Below, one piece after another: positions 45,914-55,356 of a DNA stretch of 64,000 nucleotides. Position 1 is the stretch's first letter; every line of letters starts with the position of its first letter. The notes under the pieces were generated by a model. The model had not been told where the DNA came from, made no database searches, and worked only from the letters and a program-made list of their open reading frames with translations. The position numbers and the translations under genes were made by a program. The stretch is from Candidatus Woesebacteria bacterium RBG_13_46_13 (lineage in GTDB: Bacteria > Patescibacteriota > Microgenomatia > UBA8517), in contig MGFR01000001.1 in the NCBI GenBank assembly GCA_001791995.1, forward strand, positions 14,880 to 78,879, written 5' to 3'.

Positions 45914-46615
45914 CTATTCGAAGGTTTTGGCCAACTCCCCTATTTGTCTGCGTCTGATTACCAATTTCTCGTCGCTAGCGGCAATTTCCTGGGCCAGCTT
46001 GAGGTGTTTTTTGGCCTCAAAGGGGTTATCCTCCCTTAAAAGCTCCGCCAATCTCATGTGTACCCCGGATTCCCAGACGTGGATCAAAAAAGGATCCAGT
46101 TCGCTGGCCCCTTGTTGAATTTCGGCCAGTCCGGCCAGTATGGTTGACTTCCCTTCCTCTTTCTGGCCGTTACGGTACTGCGCCTCCCCCAGGTGATAGC
46201 GAAAATCTCCCTTTTCCGAGATAGGCCCCTGATAAACAACCAAGGCCTTCTGGTAAAAATTGATGGCGGTCGGATAATCCTCAAAAAGCATTGCTACCTC
46301 CCCCAACCTGAAATAGGAGGTGTCGAGTTTATCCTCCAAATGATATTCCTGAGATATCGACAGCATCGCCTCCGCGTCTTTTTGAGCCAAAATCGCATAA
46401 GCTTTATCGTTGCTGGTTAAAAATAGATGCTTCCAGGTCAGGGTTCTGTCTTTTAAGGCATCTATCAATCCCCGATAGTTGCCTTCTTTCTGGTAAGCCA
46501 CAACGGCCAGTGTCAAATACTGAAGTGCCTCAAGGTGTTTATCCTCTTCCCGGAGTTGCCCCCCTTTTGAATGCAACTCCTGTCCGCTTAGTTCCTCGAT
46601 CTTTTTCTCTTGCAT
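45914..46615 (-). CDS. TPR-repeat protein
   Basis: 233 aa, repeated 34-residue TPR-like helical motifs. Confidence 0.6.
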   Translation of the reverse strand: MQEKKIEELSGQELHSKGGQLREEDKHLEALQYLTLAVVAYQKEGNYRGLIDALKDRTLTWKHLFLTSNDKAYAILAQKDAEAMLSISQEYHLEDKLDTSYFRLGEVAMLFEDYPTAINFYQKALVVYQGPISEKGDFRYHLGEAQYRNGQKEEGKSTILAGLAEIQQGASELDPFLIHVWESGVHMRLAELLREDNPFEAKKHLKLAQEIAASDEKLVIRRRQIGELAKTFE

Positions 46616-46619
46616 ACTG

Positions 46620-46690
46620 TGGGCTCTGAGAGAGTCGAACTCCCGCGTCGACTTTATAAGAGTCGTGTCCTGCCGTTAAACGAAGAGCCC
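46620..46690 (-). tRNA. tRNA-Ile with the unusual UAU anticodon (the AUA decoder)
   Basis: Minus strand: GGGCTCTTCGTTTAACGGCAGGACACGACTCTTATAAAGTCGACGCGGGAGTTCGACTCTCTCAGAGCCCA. Perfect 7-bp acceptor stem, perfect 5-bp anticodon stem, loop CTTATAA. Confidence 0.8.
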
Positions 46691-46724
46691 CTGAAGCTGA
46701 ATTATATCATTTTAGCCTTGAAAA

Positions 46725-49049
46725 TTAAAGCTTGGCCCTTCGGGTAATCTCTGCTTCCACCAGACGCATATCGCGACCGTAGCGTAATTTGCTCATTTCT
46801 TTGATTATCTGGGCAACCCTCTCGTTTTCCACTTCCTTGAGTTTCCCCATATCGCGGGTCAAATCCATTGAAAAAGGCGGAACCGGCTCGTTATTGACAG
46901 TAGTTTTGGCGTAGACGTGGTAGCGCTCGATATTTAAGAGGTCATCCTCGGCGAAGGTCGGGGTAAATTCATGAGCCAGGTAGGAAGCGTCGGTTACCCC
47001 TACCCTAAAGGCGATAATCGTTCCGACGTTGCCGAAGACGGCATTTTTAACCTCTTCTTCTACCTGACCAATAAATTGGTTGGCAACAGTGAGGTTAAGC
47101 CGATACTTTCTGGCTTCGGAAAGGATCTGGGCGAAGTCCGGAGTGGCAAAGTTTTGAAACTCGTCAACATAAAGATAGAAGTCCCGCCTTTTATCCTCGG
47201 GCACATCTTGCCTGCTCATGGCCGCCATTAGAATTCTCGGGACCAAAACCAGGCCCAGGAAGTTCGAGTTTTCCTCCCCAATCTCGCCTTTGGCCAGATT
47301 GATAAGGAGGATCTTGCCGGAATCCATCACCTCGCGGAAAGAGAATGAAGACTGGGATTGCCCGATGATGTTTCTGATCATCTTGTTGGTAACAAACCTG
47401 CCGAATTTGGAAACAATGTAGTCCAAGACCTCGGACTTGTGGAAATCCGCCGTCTGGGCGATTTGGTCGGTCCAATAGCGCCGGACAATGGGGTCGGTTA
47501 CTTTTGGCAGGAGTTCGGCCACAAACTGGGAGTCGGTCAGAATCCTCATGACCTCGACAAAAGTTGAGCCCTCGTCGCTCATGGCCGTCAGCATGGCATT
47601 TCTGACCGCGTGTTCAAATCTGGGTCCGACAATGCCGGTCTTATATGGATCGAAGAGCTTGTACATCATGTTAATCACCGAGGTGGCCACAAAGTGTTTC
47701 TCGTCTTCGGTATGGGCCTCAAGCAAATTTAGGCCCATCGGCCGTTCGGTATCCCCGGGGTTAAAGTAGATGACATCCTCGGCGCGCTCGGGCGGGATAA
47801 GCTTTAGAAGGTCCTCGATGGCATCTCCGTGCGGGTCCATAAAACAAAGGCCGCGTCCGGCGCGGATATCCTGCATAATCAAATCCTTCAAAAGTTCGGT
47901 CTTACCCGTCCCGGTTTTACCGATGATATAGACGTGTCTTCTTCTGTCGTCGTCTCCGATATAGACCGGTCTTTTGATTCCCCGGTAACTGCTTAATCCC
48001 AAATAAAGACCTTGCGAGGGAATCTCCGAGGGAGCCGGGGCTGTTTTGGAGTAGAGCCAATAAATATGGGGGGTGGTAACCTGCTTGTTGGGAAAATGAT
48101 AGACGGTGGAAAGTTCCTCGGAATTAAGTATCGATGAATGGCTACCTAAGACATGGAACATCGGCTGATACCTGTAGAGAAAGTCTTCCATAAAAGCACC
48201 CTTGCTTCTTATTTTTCTGCCTTTAAAGCCGTTGGCTTCCGAGCTGAACTGTTCAAAACTGGAGGCGATATTCTCGATATGCATTTTGGCAACCTCGATG
48301 GTTGGGGCCGTGGTTACAATTCTGGTTGAAACCTCGAATCCGGGCTTACCGATTTTTGCCTCAACCGCTTCCAGAGTTTTGGCCGAGGTGGAAAACTTGG
48401 CCTTTTGAGGATCGGATTCCTGTTTTTTGGTGTCTGAAATAAAACTTCGTCCTTCTTTCTGCCAGGAAGAATCGGCGGGAGAAACCAAAATTTGGATTGC
48501 GGCTGCCTCACCCTCCCCCATTTTTGCTAACGCCGATGTCAAAAGAGCCAGAGAATCGGTGGGTAATTCCTTATAAGTCTTGATCGGATAAAAATTGCCC
48601 CGGGAGAGCTGGAAAGATTTATAGGCAACCTTACCCTTTTCCGGAAAGATATTATATTCTTCGACCTCGACAACCTCTGCCTCCGGGTAGGCCCCGTGGA
48701 TTTGTTTTTCCACCAAATCCTTAAGTTTTCTTGATGTCCAAACGTAAAAACGGATGTCTTCTTTCTTGGCTACAATCTCGAACGAAACCGTCGGCTGAAC
48801 CGAGAATTTTTGTTTAAAGCCTCCCTTTTTAATTGAATAAAGCGAGGCGAAGAGCTGTTCCATGGCATCGATCTTTATTTCATTCCCGCGTGGAACCGCC
48901 ACCTGCAGTAAAACGGAGTCCAAAGACCTGCCCTCCCTGCCGCGATTGCGGAATAAGGTAAAGGCGACATAGCCCGTAAAAGCCACCAAAAGGGATCCCA
49001 GTCCCAAAAGGATTAGGGCAGCTACGATCGTATTTAAACTAGGCAGCAC
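46725..49049 (-). CDS. VirD4/TraD/TrwB-like type IV coupling-protein-like ATPase, copy 2, with an N-terminal TM anchor
   Basis: 774 aa. N-terminal TM segment IVAALILLGLGSLLVAFTGYVAFTLF. Walker A IIGKTGTGKTELL, DPHGD, Walker B FYLYVDEFQNF, and ANQ. It is a full-length paralog of 9572..11704. Confidence 0.85.
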   Translation of the reverse strand: MLPSLNTIVAALILLGLGSLLVAFTGYVAFTLFRNRGREGRSLDSVLLQVAVPRGNEIKIDAMEQLFASLYSIKKGGFKQKFSVQPTVSFEIVAKKEDIRFYVWTSRKLKDLVEKQIHGAYPEAEVVEVEEYNIFPEKGKVAYKSFQLSRGNFYPIKTYKELPTDSLALLTSALAKMGEGEAAAIQILVSPADSSWQKEGRSFISDTKKQESDPQKAKFSTSAKTLEAVEAKIGKPGFEVSTRIVTTAPTIEVAKMHIENIASSFEQFSSEANGFKGRKIRSKGAFMEDFLYRYQPMFHVLGSHSSILNSEELSTVYHFPNKQVTTPHIYWLYSKTAPAPSEIPSQGLYLGLSSYRGIKRPVYIGDDDRRRHVYIIGKTGTGKTELLKDLIMQDIRAGRGLCFMDPHGDAIEDLLKLIPPERAEDVIYFNPGDTERPMGLNLLEAHTEDEKHFVATSVINMMYKLFDPYKTGIVGPRFEHAVRNAMLTAMSDEGSTFVEVMRILTDSQFVAELLPKVTDPIVRRYWTDQIAQTADFHKSEVLDYIVSKFGRFVTNKMIRNIIGQSQSSFSFREVMDSGKILLINLAKGEIGEENSNFLGLVLVPRILMAAMSRQDVPEDKRRDFYLYVDEFQNFATPDFAQILSEARKYRLNLTVANQFIGQVEEEVKNAVFGNVGTIIAFRVGVTDASYLAHEFTPTFAEDDLLNIERYHVYAKTTVNNEPVPPFSMDLTRDMGKLKEVENERVAQIIKEMSKLRYGRDMRLVEAEITRRAKL

Positions 49050-49383
49050 TTTGTTCTCTCCTTCCTGTAACTATCCTCCAGCCAAAATGGACGGCCCTTT
49101 TAAAGACCCTCATCCAAAAGGCCGCAAACCAGGTGATGGCCTCGTCCGGAGTTCCTTTGGACAAAGCCGAAAGCTGATCTTTTTCCCCGGGAAGTTCGAT
49201 GGTAACGGGCTCCGTTGCCGAAGTTCCGATGAGGGCCCTACCGCTATCATCCGTTACCTGGGCCTTAAATTGGCTGGGAGTTGGAACTACTACCCCCTTA
49301 TTCTCAACGGTAATGGGAATCTCGGGAAATTCCTCTGCCCTATCTTCGACCGGTAAATGCTCTCTTTCTGGAGATGCAACCAT
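49039..49383 (-). CDS. Hypothetical protein immediately upstream of and overlapping the VirD4-like gene. The C-terminus is amphipathic and Trp-rich.
   Basis: 114-aa ORF ending AITWFAAFWMRVFKRAVHFGWRIV. It overlaps the downstream gene by 11 nt. Confidence 0.45.
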   Translation of the reverse strand: MVASPEREHLPVEDRAEEFPEIPITVENKGVVVPTPSQFKAQVTDDSGRALIGTSATEPVTIELPGEKDQLSALSKGTPDEAITWFAAFWMRVFKRAVHFGWRIVTGRREQSAA

Positions 49384-49398
49384 GACAAATTCATTGTA

Positions 49399-49935
49399 TC
49401 ACTTCCCCCTGCCTCTCCAAGCCTCCTCTGTCATCCCGTCCCGGTGATTGACCTGCCGCCCCAGCATAAATAAATAGTCGGAGAGCCTATTGATATAGAC
49501 CAAAAGCTCCGGCTTAAGCGGGGTTATTGCGTTTAAGCGAACTAGGGCCCTCTCGGCTCTTCTGACCAGAGTCCTGGCAAAAAAAAGCCTGGCCCCTACC
49601 CCAGAGCCTCCCGGAAGAATAAAGTTTTTAAGAACAGGTAAGGCTCCTTCAATCTTATCAATCGCCCTTTCGATCTTTTTGGTTTTGGATTTGGCAAATC
49701 TTAAAGGAGCTCCTGCCAGAATGGAGCCCACCGTAAAAAGATTCCTCTGCACCTCCTTCAGCTCTTGCAATCCGGAATCTTCAGCCAGAATTATACCGAG
49801 GTAGCTGTTGGCCTCATCGATGGCTCCGATTGCCCGAATCCGCAAGGAAGATTTATCTACCCTGGTTCCCCGAAAAAGTGAAGTCTCCCCTTTATCCCCC
49901 TTCTTGGTGTAGACGGCCATGGCAAATTCTATCAC
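49399..49935 (-). CDS. PduO-type ATP:cob(I)alamin adenosyltransferase
   Basis: Signature VYTKKGDKGETSL near the N-terminus; about 175 aa. It lies directly downstream of the two B12-dependent RNR genes. Confidence 0.85.
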   Translation of the reverse strand: MIEFAMAVYTKKGDKGETSLFRGTRVDKSSLRIRAIGAIDEANSYLGIILAEDSGLQELKEVQRNLFTVGSILAGAPLRFAKSKTKKIERAIDKIEGALPVLKNFILPGGSGVGARLFFARTLVRRAERALVRLNAITPLKPELLVYINRLSDYLFMLGRQVNHRDGMTEEAWRGRGK

Positions 49936-52074
49936 TCAGAGCTCACAAGTGGAAAACCCGCAGCGTTCACACTTATAGCACTTTCCGTCTTTGATTAAAT
50001 CTATGTCGCAGTTGGGGCATTTCATTTTCTTTTGCGAATAATTCTGGCTGCCGCCGAATTCAAATACCTGGTTGGCCTTGGTCCGGTCGCGGTAGACGGT
50101 TAGACCTTTGCAGCCCAATTTCCAGGCTAGGATATAGGCCTCCTCGATTTCTTTGGGGGTCACGGTTGAGGCCATATTGATGGTTTTGGTAATGGCATTA
50201 TCGGTTGCGCTCTGGAAAGCGGCCTGCATTTTGATATGGTCCCGCCAGGAAATATCGTGGGCAACCCGAAAAACTCTCTGTAGGGATTTAGGAACTCCTT
50301 TGACCCCCTGCACGCTGCCGTGGTTGTCTATAATTTTCTGGATAAGATCCTCGGAGAAAATTCCTTTTTCTTTGAGCTTTTCCACAAAAAGAGGGATAAC
50401 CGTTTTAAGCCTCACGCCCTCCAGCACGTTTTGCTCGTAGGCAACCGCAAAATAGGGTTCAATCCCAAATGAGGTATCACAGATTACAGCGTTTGAGGAG
50501 CTTGGGGGGAAGGTTAATAGGGCAACATTCCTGGGCTTCCTTTTGGTCTTCGCCCAGATGGAATCCTTAACCAGAGGAAAGGAGCCCTTCTCTTTCGCCA
50601 GCTTACAGGATTCATCGAATGCGTTGGTATACATAGTCCCAACCACTTTTTTGGCCAGGGCGAAAGCGCGGGGGCTGTCGTAAGGAATGTCAAGCCGGCT
50701 TAAAGTCTCCGCCCAGCCGACGGCACCTATTCCGATTCTCCTGTGCTCCCGAACGGCTTTTCTGACCTCGGCTACCGGAAACCACGAGGCCGTAATCACG
50801 TTATCCATCAGTCTTACCGCAACCCTAATAACCCTGGCCATTCTCTCAAAATCGAATCTTTTGCCTTTGACGAAATTCGCAAAATTAAGATAGCCCAGGT
50901 TACAGGACTCATAAGGATATAAAGGCACTTCCCCGCAGGGATTGGTGGCTGTAATCGGACCCTTTTTGGCCAAGAGCGGATTGGCCTGGGCAGTGCCTCT
51001 GTTCATCGCCGAAAGATTGATTATTCCGGGATCCCCCGTTGACCAGGCCATGTTGGCCATCAAGTCAAGAATGCTTTTGGCATCGACGGTGTTTACAATT
51101 TGAGCGGTTCTGGGGTTAATTAGATTCCAGCTTTTACCGGCTACCGCCGCTTTCATAAACTCATCGGTTACCCCTACCGAAATATTCGTCTTGGAAAGAT
51201 ACCCATCCGAGGCCTTGGCCGAGATAAAATTGAAAATGTCGGGATGGTTGGCGTTTAAAATCGCCATATTTCCGCTTTCGTATTTGCCTTCCTGTCTAAA
51301 AAGCGAGGTCATCAGGTTAAACATCTCAATCATCTTGACCGGCCCCGCGGCCAAGTCCGGAATGCCGCCGACGATATCCCCTTCGGGTCTGATACCGGAA
51401 AAGTTATAGCCGCAACCACCCCCGTGTTTTTTGATCAGGGTGGATTTATGCAAGATGGCAAAGATATCGTTGATATCATCCTTAATCGGCCAGACAAAAC
51501 AGTTGGCCAACTGGGCAGAAATCTTGCCGGCATTGGCCAAGGTTCTGGAGCCCGGCAGAAAATCGAAAGAAGTCATCATTTCTTTGAATTTAAGGTACCA
51601 CTCATTTACTTTCTCTTTGCCCTTTTCTACCCTTGCCAGGGCCTTGGCCACCCTGTCGATCATCTCGGCCGGGGTTTCAACGATTTCCCCATCGGCATTT
51701 CTTTTGAGGTACCTCTGTTTGAGGATATAAAGGGTGTTATAGGGAAGACCGATATCATCCTTAATCCCTAAAGAGCTTTTGTCCTGATGCAGATGTTTTT
51801 TGTTTTCTCTATAAACGATAAAAGCCTTGGCGGTTCGGGCATGTCCGTTTTCGATCAGAACTTTTTCAACCAGGTTTCCGATCTCGGCGGTTGAGACAGT
51901 CTCGCCGTTGGTAAATTTAACTTTTAATAGCTTTAATACCTGGTTAGCCAAAACCACCGAGAGGCTTTTGTCCGTTCCCCCGACATTCTGGGCAGCCATA
52001 AAAATACTGCTGGAGATTTTTTCCGGCTTAAACTCTTCCTGGCTGCCGTCGAGTTTGGCTACTTTTTTGAGCAT
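49936..52074 (-). CDS. nrdJ: Class II (adenosylcobalamin-dependent) ribonucleotide reductase, 712-aa paralog
   Basis: Active-site NPCGEVPLYPYESCNLGYLN, a glycine-rich B12 region, and a C-terminal Cys4 ribbon CPNCD...CYKCERCG. Confidence 0.9.
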   Translation of the reverse strand: MLKKVAKLDGSQEEFKPEKISSSIFMAAQNVGGTDKSLSVVLANQVLKLLKVKFTNGETVSTAEIGNLVEKVLIENGHARTAKAFIVYRENKKHLHQDKSSLGIKDDIGLPYNTLYILKQRYLKRNADGEIVETPAEMIDRVAKALARVEKGKEKVNEWYLKFKEMMTSFDFLPGSRTLANAGKISAQLANCFVWPIKDDINDIFAILHKSTLIKKHGGGCGYNFSGIRPEGDIVGGIPDLAAGPVKMIEMFNLMTSLFRQEGKYESGNMAILNANHPDIFNFISAKASDGYLSKTNISVGVTDEFMKAAVAGKSWNLINPRTAQIVNTVDAKSILDLMANMAWSTGDPGIINLSAMNRGTAQANPLLAKKGPITATNPCGEVPLYPYESCNLGYLNFANFVKGKRFDFERMARVIRVAVRLMDNVITASWFPVAEVRKAVREHRRIGIGAVGWAETLSRLDIPYDSPRAFALAKKVVGTMYTNAFDESCKLAKEKGSFPLVKDSIWAKTKRKPRNVALLTFPPSSSNAVICDTSFGIEPYFAVAYEQNVLEGVRLKTVIPLFVEKLKEKGIFSEDLIQKIIDNHGSVQGVKGVPKSLQRVFRVAHDISWRDHIKMQAAFQSATDNAITKTINMASTVTPKEIEEAYILAWKLGCKGLTVYRDRTKANQVFEFGGSQNYSQKKMKCPNCDIDLIKDGKCYKCERCGFSTCEL

Positions 52075-52080
52075 ATGAAA

Positions 52081-54672
52081 TCAACACTCCGAGTGACCAC
52101 AAGCGTGACATTTGGAGCAGCCCTCTTCATAGACGAGGGCAGAAGCACCGCAGGAGGGACAAATATCACCTGTCGCCTCCTGTATTCCGAAAGATAAGTT
52201 CGAACTTTTTGTTGTTTCTAGGTCAAGGACGGCTTTTACTCCGTTGGCGTGGGTCTTGCCATTTGCTAAGTGGCCATTAGTATAGCCTCCGTTGGGGGCC
52301 TCTGCAGCACCGTCATACGCGGCCGAAGCCATTGTGGGGTCGGATGAACCCGTTAGGGTTTGTTCCGCAGGGGCAGAACTACTCGCCGCCATAACAGCTC
52401 CAGCCACGTGTGACGTGGCTTCAGAATGACCGTTGCCGTTGATTCTAAATCCATAGTGGGTCGAAAGAGCAACGCTGATAGCATCGGGCAGGGAGCGGAT
52501 TTTATTCGGACCAAATCCAACCGAACGCCTACCCCCGATTCCGGAAAGCTGGTGCGCAATTTCCTTGGCTTTCTCCCTCGGATTAAGACTACCACGAAAA
52601 CGCAGGGCCGTGGAGATTGTCCTGCCTAAAGCCTCGGCCATGGCGGCGACATCGCTACCCGCCTTGCCGACATTGATAAATACCTCCAAGGGGTCTCCGG
52701 TTGCGTCCTGATTGATGGTCACAAAGGCGCTTCCCACCGGAGTCATGAGCTTATAAGTTACTCCCATCACCTTCAGGGGCCGCTCCCTCAAAGGTGCGCT
52801 TCCTTCTTCGACGGTATCCTTGACTCCCAAATTTAATACTTGGGCATCTTTGGAGCCGTCCCGAAATATGGTTATACCCCGACAGCCCGTCTCCCAGGCC
52901 GAAAGGTAAGCTTTTTTGACATCCTCAACCGTAGCGTCGTGGCTTAGGTTGATAGTTTTGGAAACCGCATTTTCGGTATATTTCTGGAATGCCGATTGCA
53001 TCTTTACATGCCAGGTCGGATCAATTTCGTGGGCCGTACCGAAAACCTGCCTGACATCTTCGGGAATTTCGGCAATTTGCCTGACTACTCCCTCCTCTCC
53101 CACCTTTTCTCTTAGCCCGTCCGACCAAAATCCCTTTTTCCTGGCAACTTCCTCAAATTTGGGATTAACAAAAGACAGTTTTCTCTCCAAGTGTTTGTCC
53201 TTGACGATATGCTGATAGGCGATGGCAAAAAGAGGTTCTATCCCCGATGAGGCTCCGGCAATAATGGAGATCGATCCTGTTGGGGCAATGGTTGTCACCG
53301 TAGAATTTCTCCTCGGAGCACTACTTTTGTAAATACTTACCGGCCAGAGAGGGAACGGACCCCGCTCGCGGGCTAGCTCAATTGTTTCCGCTTCCGCTTC
53401 TTGCTGAACGGTTTTCATAATCTTTTCCGCCAGGGAAAGCGCTTTCTCGCTATCGTAGGCAATTCCCAAGGCAACCAGCATGTCTGCCCAACCCCCGACC
53501 CCCAGCCCGACCCTTCTGATCGCCAGGGTCGTGCGACGGATGGACTCAAGAGTATAGGGGTTCATCTCGATGACCCCGTCCAAAAACCTGACCGCAAGTC
53601 TGGAGGCCTGCTTTAGCTTTTCCCAATCGACTTCGGCTTTCCCGCCATCTTCTTTGACAAAATAAGTCAAAAAGATACTTCCCAAATTACAGGAGTCGAA
53701 AGGGTAAAGCGGCTGTTCCCCGCAGGGATTGGTGCTTTCCACCGGTCCCAGGCTCGGAGTCGGATTGGCACTACCCGCGTTAATCCTGTCGATAAAGATA
53801 AGACCGGGGTCTCCTGTTCTCCAGGCGCCGTTGACGATTTCCTCAAAAACTTTTCGGGCCGATACCTCCCCCACCTTCTCGCCGTTTTTCGGATTTATCA
53901 AATCGTAATTTTTATCTTTCTTGAAAGCCTCCATGAACTTGTTGGTAATGGCAACCGAAATGTTGAAATTGGTTATTCCCCCTTCTTCCTTGCAGTGGAT
54001 AAACTCCATGATGTCGGGATGGTCCACCCTTAATATCCCCATATTGGCCCCCCGGCGCTTGCCCCCTTGTTTGACTTCGTTGGTGGCGGCATCGAAGATG
54101 CGCATAAAGGAAACCGGACCTGAAGCCGTACCTTTGGAAGACTTGACCATTGAGCCCTTGGGCCTTAAACGGCTAAAGGAAAAGCCTGTTCCTCCCCCGG
54201 TTTGATGAATCAGGGCTTGCCACTTTAAGGCATCGAATATCCCGACCAAAGAATCCTCAACGGGCAAAACAAAACAGGCCGAATACTGCAGGCGGTTACC
54301 CGTCCCGGCATTCATCAGGGTGGGTGAATTGGGCAGAAATTCGTGGCTGGCCAAAAGCAGATAATACTTTCTGGCAATTTCGATCACCTGGCTTTTGTCT
54401 TTCCCCCAGAGAACCTCTGCCGAGGCGATTTCCCAGGCAACCCGCCAACACATCTCTTCTGGGGTTTCAATAATTGCTCCTTCTTTATCCTTATAAAGAT
54501 AGCGTTCCGAAAGCACCCTTAAGGACTGTTCGGTCCAGGCGCCCTTGGGCAAATCCTCGGGCAAGCGGGGTCTTTTCCCCAGCTTTTTATCGATTTGGGT
54601 CCTGACCTCTAAATATGGAGGAAAATTCAAATCTTCGAGTTTTATTTCTTTTTTGGCTTTTGTTTTTGGCAT
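52081..54672 (-). CDS. nrdJ: Class II ribonucleotide reductase, long (about 860-aa) paralog with an extended C-terminal domain
   Basis: NPCGEQPLYPFDSCNLGSIFL and C-terminal CPSCG...CSKCHACG. The start is probably MPKTKAKKEIK at 54672, 7 nt after the nrdR stop. The track ORF runs to 54744. Confidence 0.9.
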   Translation of the reverse strand: MPKTKAKKEIKLEDLNFPPYLEVRTQIDKKLGKRPRLPEDLPKGAWTEQSLRVLSERYLYKDKEGAIIETPEEMCWRVAWEIASAEVLWGKDKSQVIEIARKYYLLLASHEFLPNSPTLMNAGTGNRLQYSACFVLPVEDSLVGIFDALKWQALIHQTGGGTGFSFSRLRPKGSMVKSSKGTASGPVSFMRIFDAATNEVKQGGKRRGANMGILRVDHPDIMEFIHCKEEGGITNFNISVAITNKFMEAFKKDKNYDLINPKNGEKVGEVSARKVFEEIVNGAWRTGDPGLIFIDRINAGSANPTPSLGPVESTNPCGEQPLYPFDSCNLGSIFLTYFVKEDGGKAEVDWEKLKQASRLAVRFLDGVIEMNPYTLESIRRTTLAIRRVGLGVGGWADMLVALGIAYDSEKALSLAEKIMKTVQQEAEAETIELARERGPFPLWPVSIYKSSAPRRNSTVTTIAPTGSISIIAGASSGIEPLFAIAYQHIVKDKHLERKLSFVNPKFEEVARKKGFWSDGLREKVGEEGVVRQIAEIPEDVRQVFGTAHEIDPTWHVKMQSAFQKYTENAVSKTINLSHDATVEDVKKAYLSAWETGCRGITIFRDGSKDAQVLNLGVKDTVEEGSAPLRERPLKVMGVTYKLMTPVGSAFVTINQDATGDPLEVFINVGKAGSDVAAMAEALGRTISTALRFRGSLNPREKAKEIAHQLSGIGGRRSVGFGPNKIRSLPDAISVALSTHYGFRINGNGHSEATSHVAGAVMAASSSAPAEQTLTGSSDPTMASAAYDGAAEAPNGGYTNGHLANGKTHANGVKAVLDLETTKSSNLSFGIQEATGDICPSCGASALVYEEGCSKCHACGHSEC

Positions 54673-54679
54673 TTCTAAT

Positions 54680-55123
54680 CTAAGCTTTATCGATGGCCTT
54701 TTCAAAATCGCTGGTATCCTCAAACTCCAAGTAAACACTGGCAAATCTTAACCAGGCTACCTTGTCAATTTTTTTAAGTCTTTTTAAGACCGCGTTGCCT
54801 ATTATCTTGGACGAGACCTCTTCGGTCCCGCGTCTGAGCATTTCTCTTTCGATATCGTTGACGATGTCATCCACCAGCTCCAGGGAAACCGGTCTTTTCT
54901 CGATGGCTCTTAATATTCCCCTTTTGACCTTCTCCCTTTCGAACGGTTCTCTCCTACCGTTTTTTTTGATTACCCACAAAACCGTTTCTCTGACTTTTTC
55001 GAAAGTGGTAAAACGTTTACCGCATTTGCCACACTCGCGTCTGCGTCTGATCGCTGTTCCTTCATCGACAGTCCTGGATTCTAATACCTGACTGTCTTCC
55101 CCTGCACAAAAAGGACATTTCAT
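54680..55123 (-). CDS. nrdR: Transcriptional repressor NrdR
   Basis: N-terminal zinc ribbon MKCPFC...CGKCGKRF plus an ATP-cone; 147 aa. Confidence 0.9.
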   Translation of the reverse strand: MKCPFCAGEDSQVLESRTVDEGTAIRRRRECGKCGKRFTTFEKVRETVLWVIKKNGRREPFEREKVKRGILRAIEKRPVSLELVDDIVNDIEREMLRRGTEEVSSKIIGNAVLKRLKKIDKVAWLRFASVYLEFEDTSDFEKAIDKA

Positions 55124-55157
55124 ACAATAATTTCCATTTCACAAATGTAAACAAAAA

Positions 55158-55207
55158 TCACTATTACTAGGGACAGGCTAGATATTCCAACACTAGATAT
55201 ATTCAGT
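55158..55207. promoter_or_regulatory. Two imperfect NrdR-box-like palindromic elements upstream of nrdR: TCACTATTACTAGG and ACACTAGATATATTCAGT
   Basis: Both have ACACTA...TAGT-type half-sites about three helical turns apart. The second overlaps a candidate minus-strand promoter TTGACT-N17-GAATAT. The match to the ACACwAtATaTwGTGT consensus is only partial. Confidence 0.25.
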
Positions 55208-55356
55208 CAACTAGCAACTTTTGTGTCAAAAAATATCACCCTACGCATACCCCGAAGCTGTAAAATCTTGTCCGAAAAATATTTTTTGCTTTTTGGAAAG
55301 GAGTCTTTCCTCAAAAAGTTAAAAGGCCAAATTATTTTTTATCCCAAAAAATCTGT

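Noticed and set aside
52081-54672. Possible intein explaining the extra length of the long NrdJ paralog.
   Set aside because: The extra residues form a C-terminal extension ending in a Cys4 ribbon. I see no internal Cys/Ser...His-Asn splice-junction blocks interrupting catalytic motifs.
55293-55325. GGAAAGG-AGTC-TTTCC hairpin between nrdR and the upstream gene, considered as a terminator.
   Set aside because: No U-tract follows on either strand; flanking T- and A-runs are on the wrong sides.
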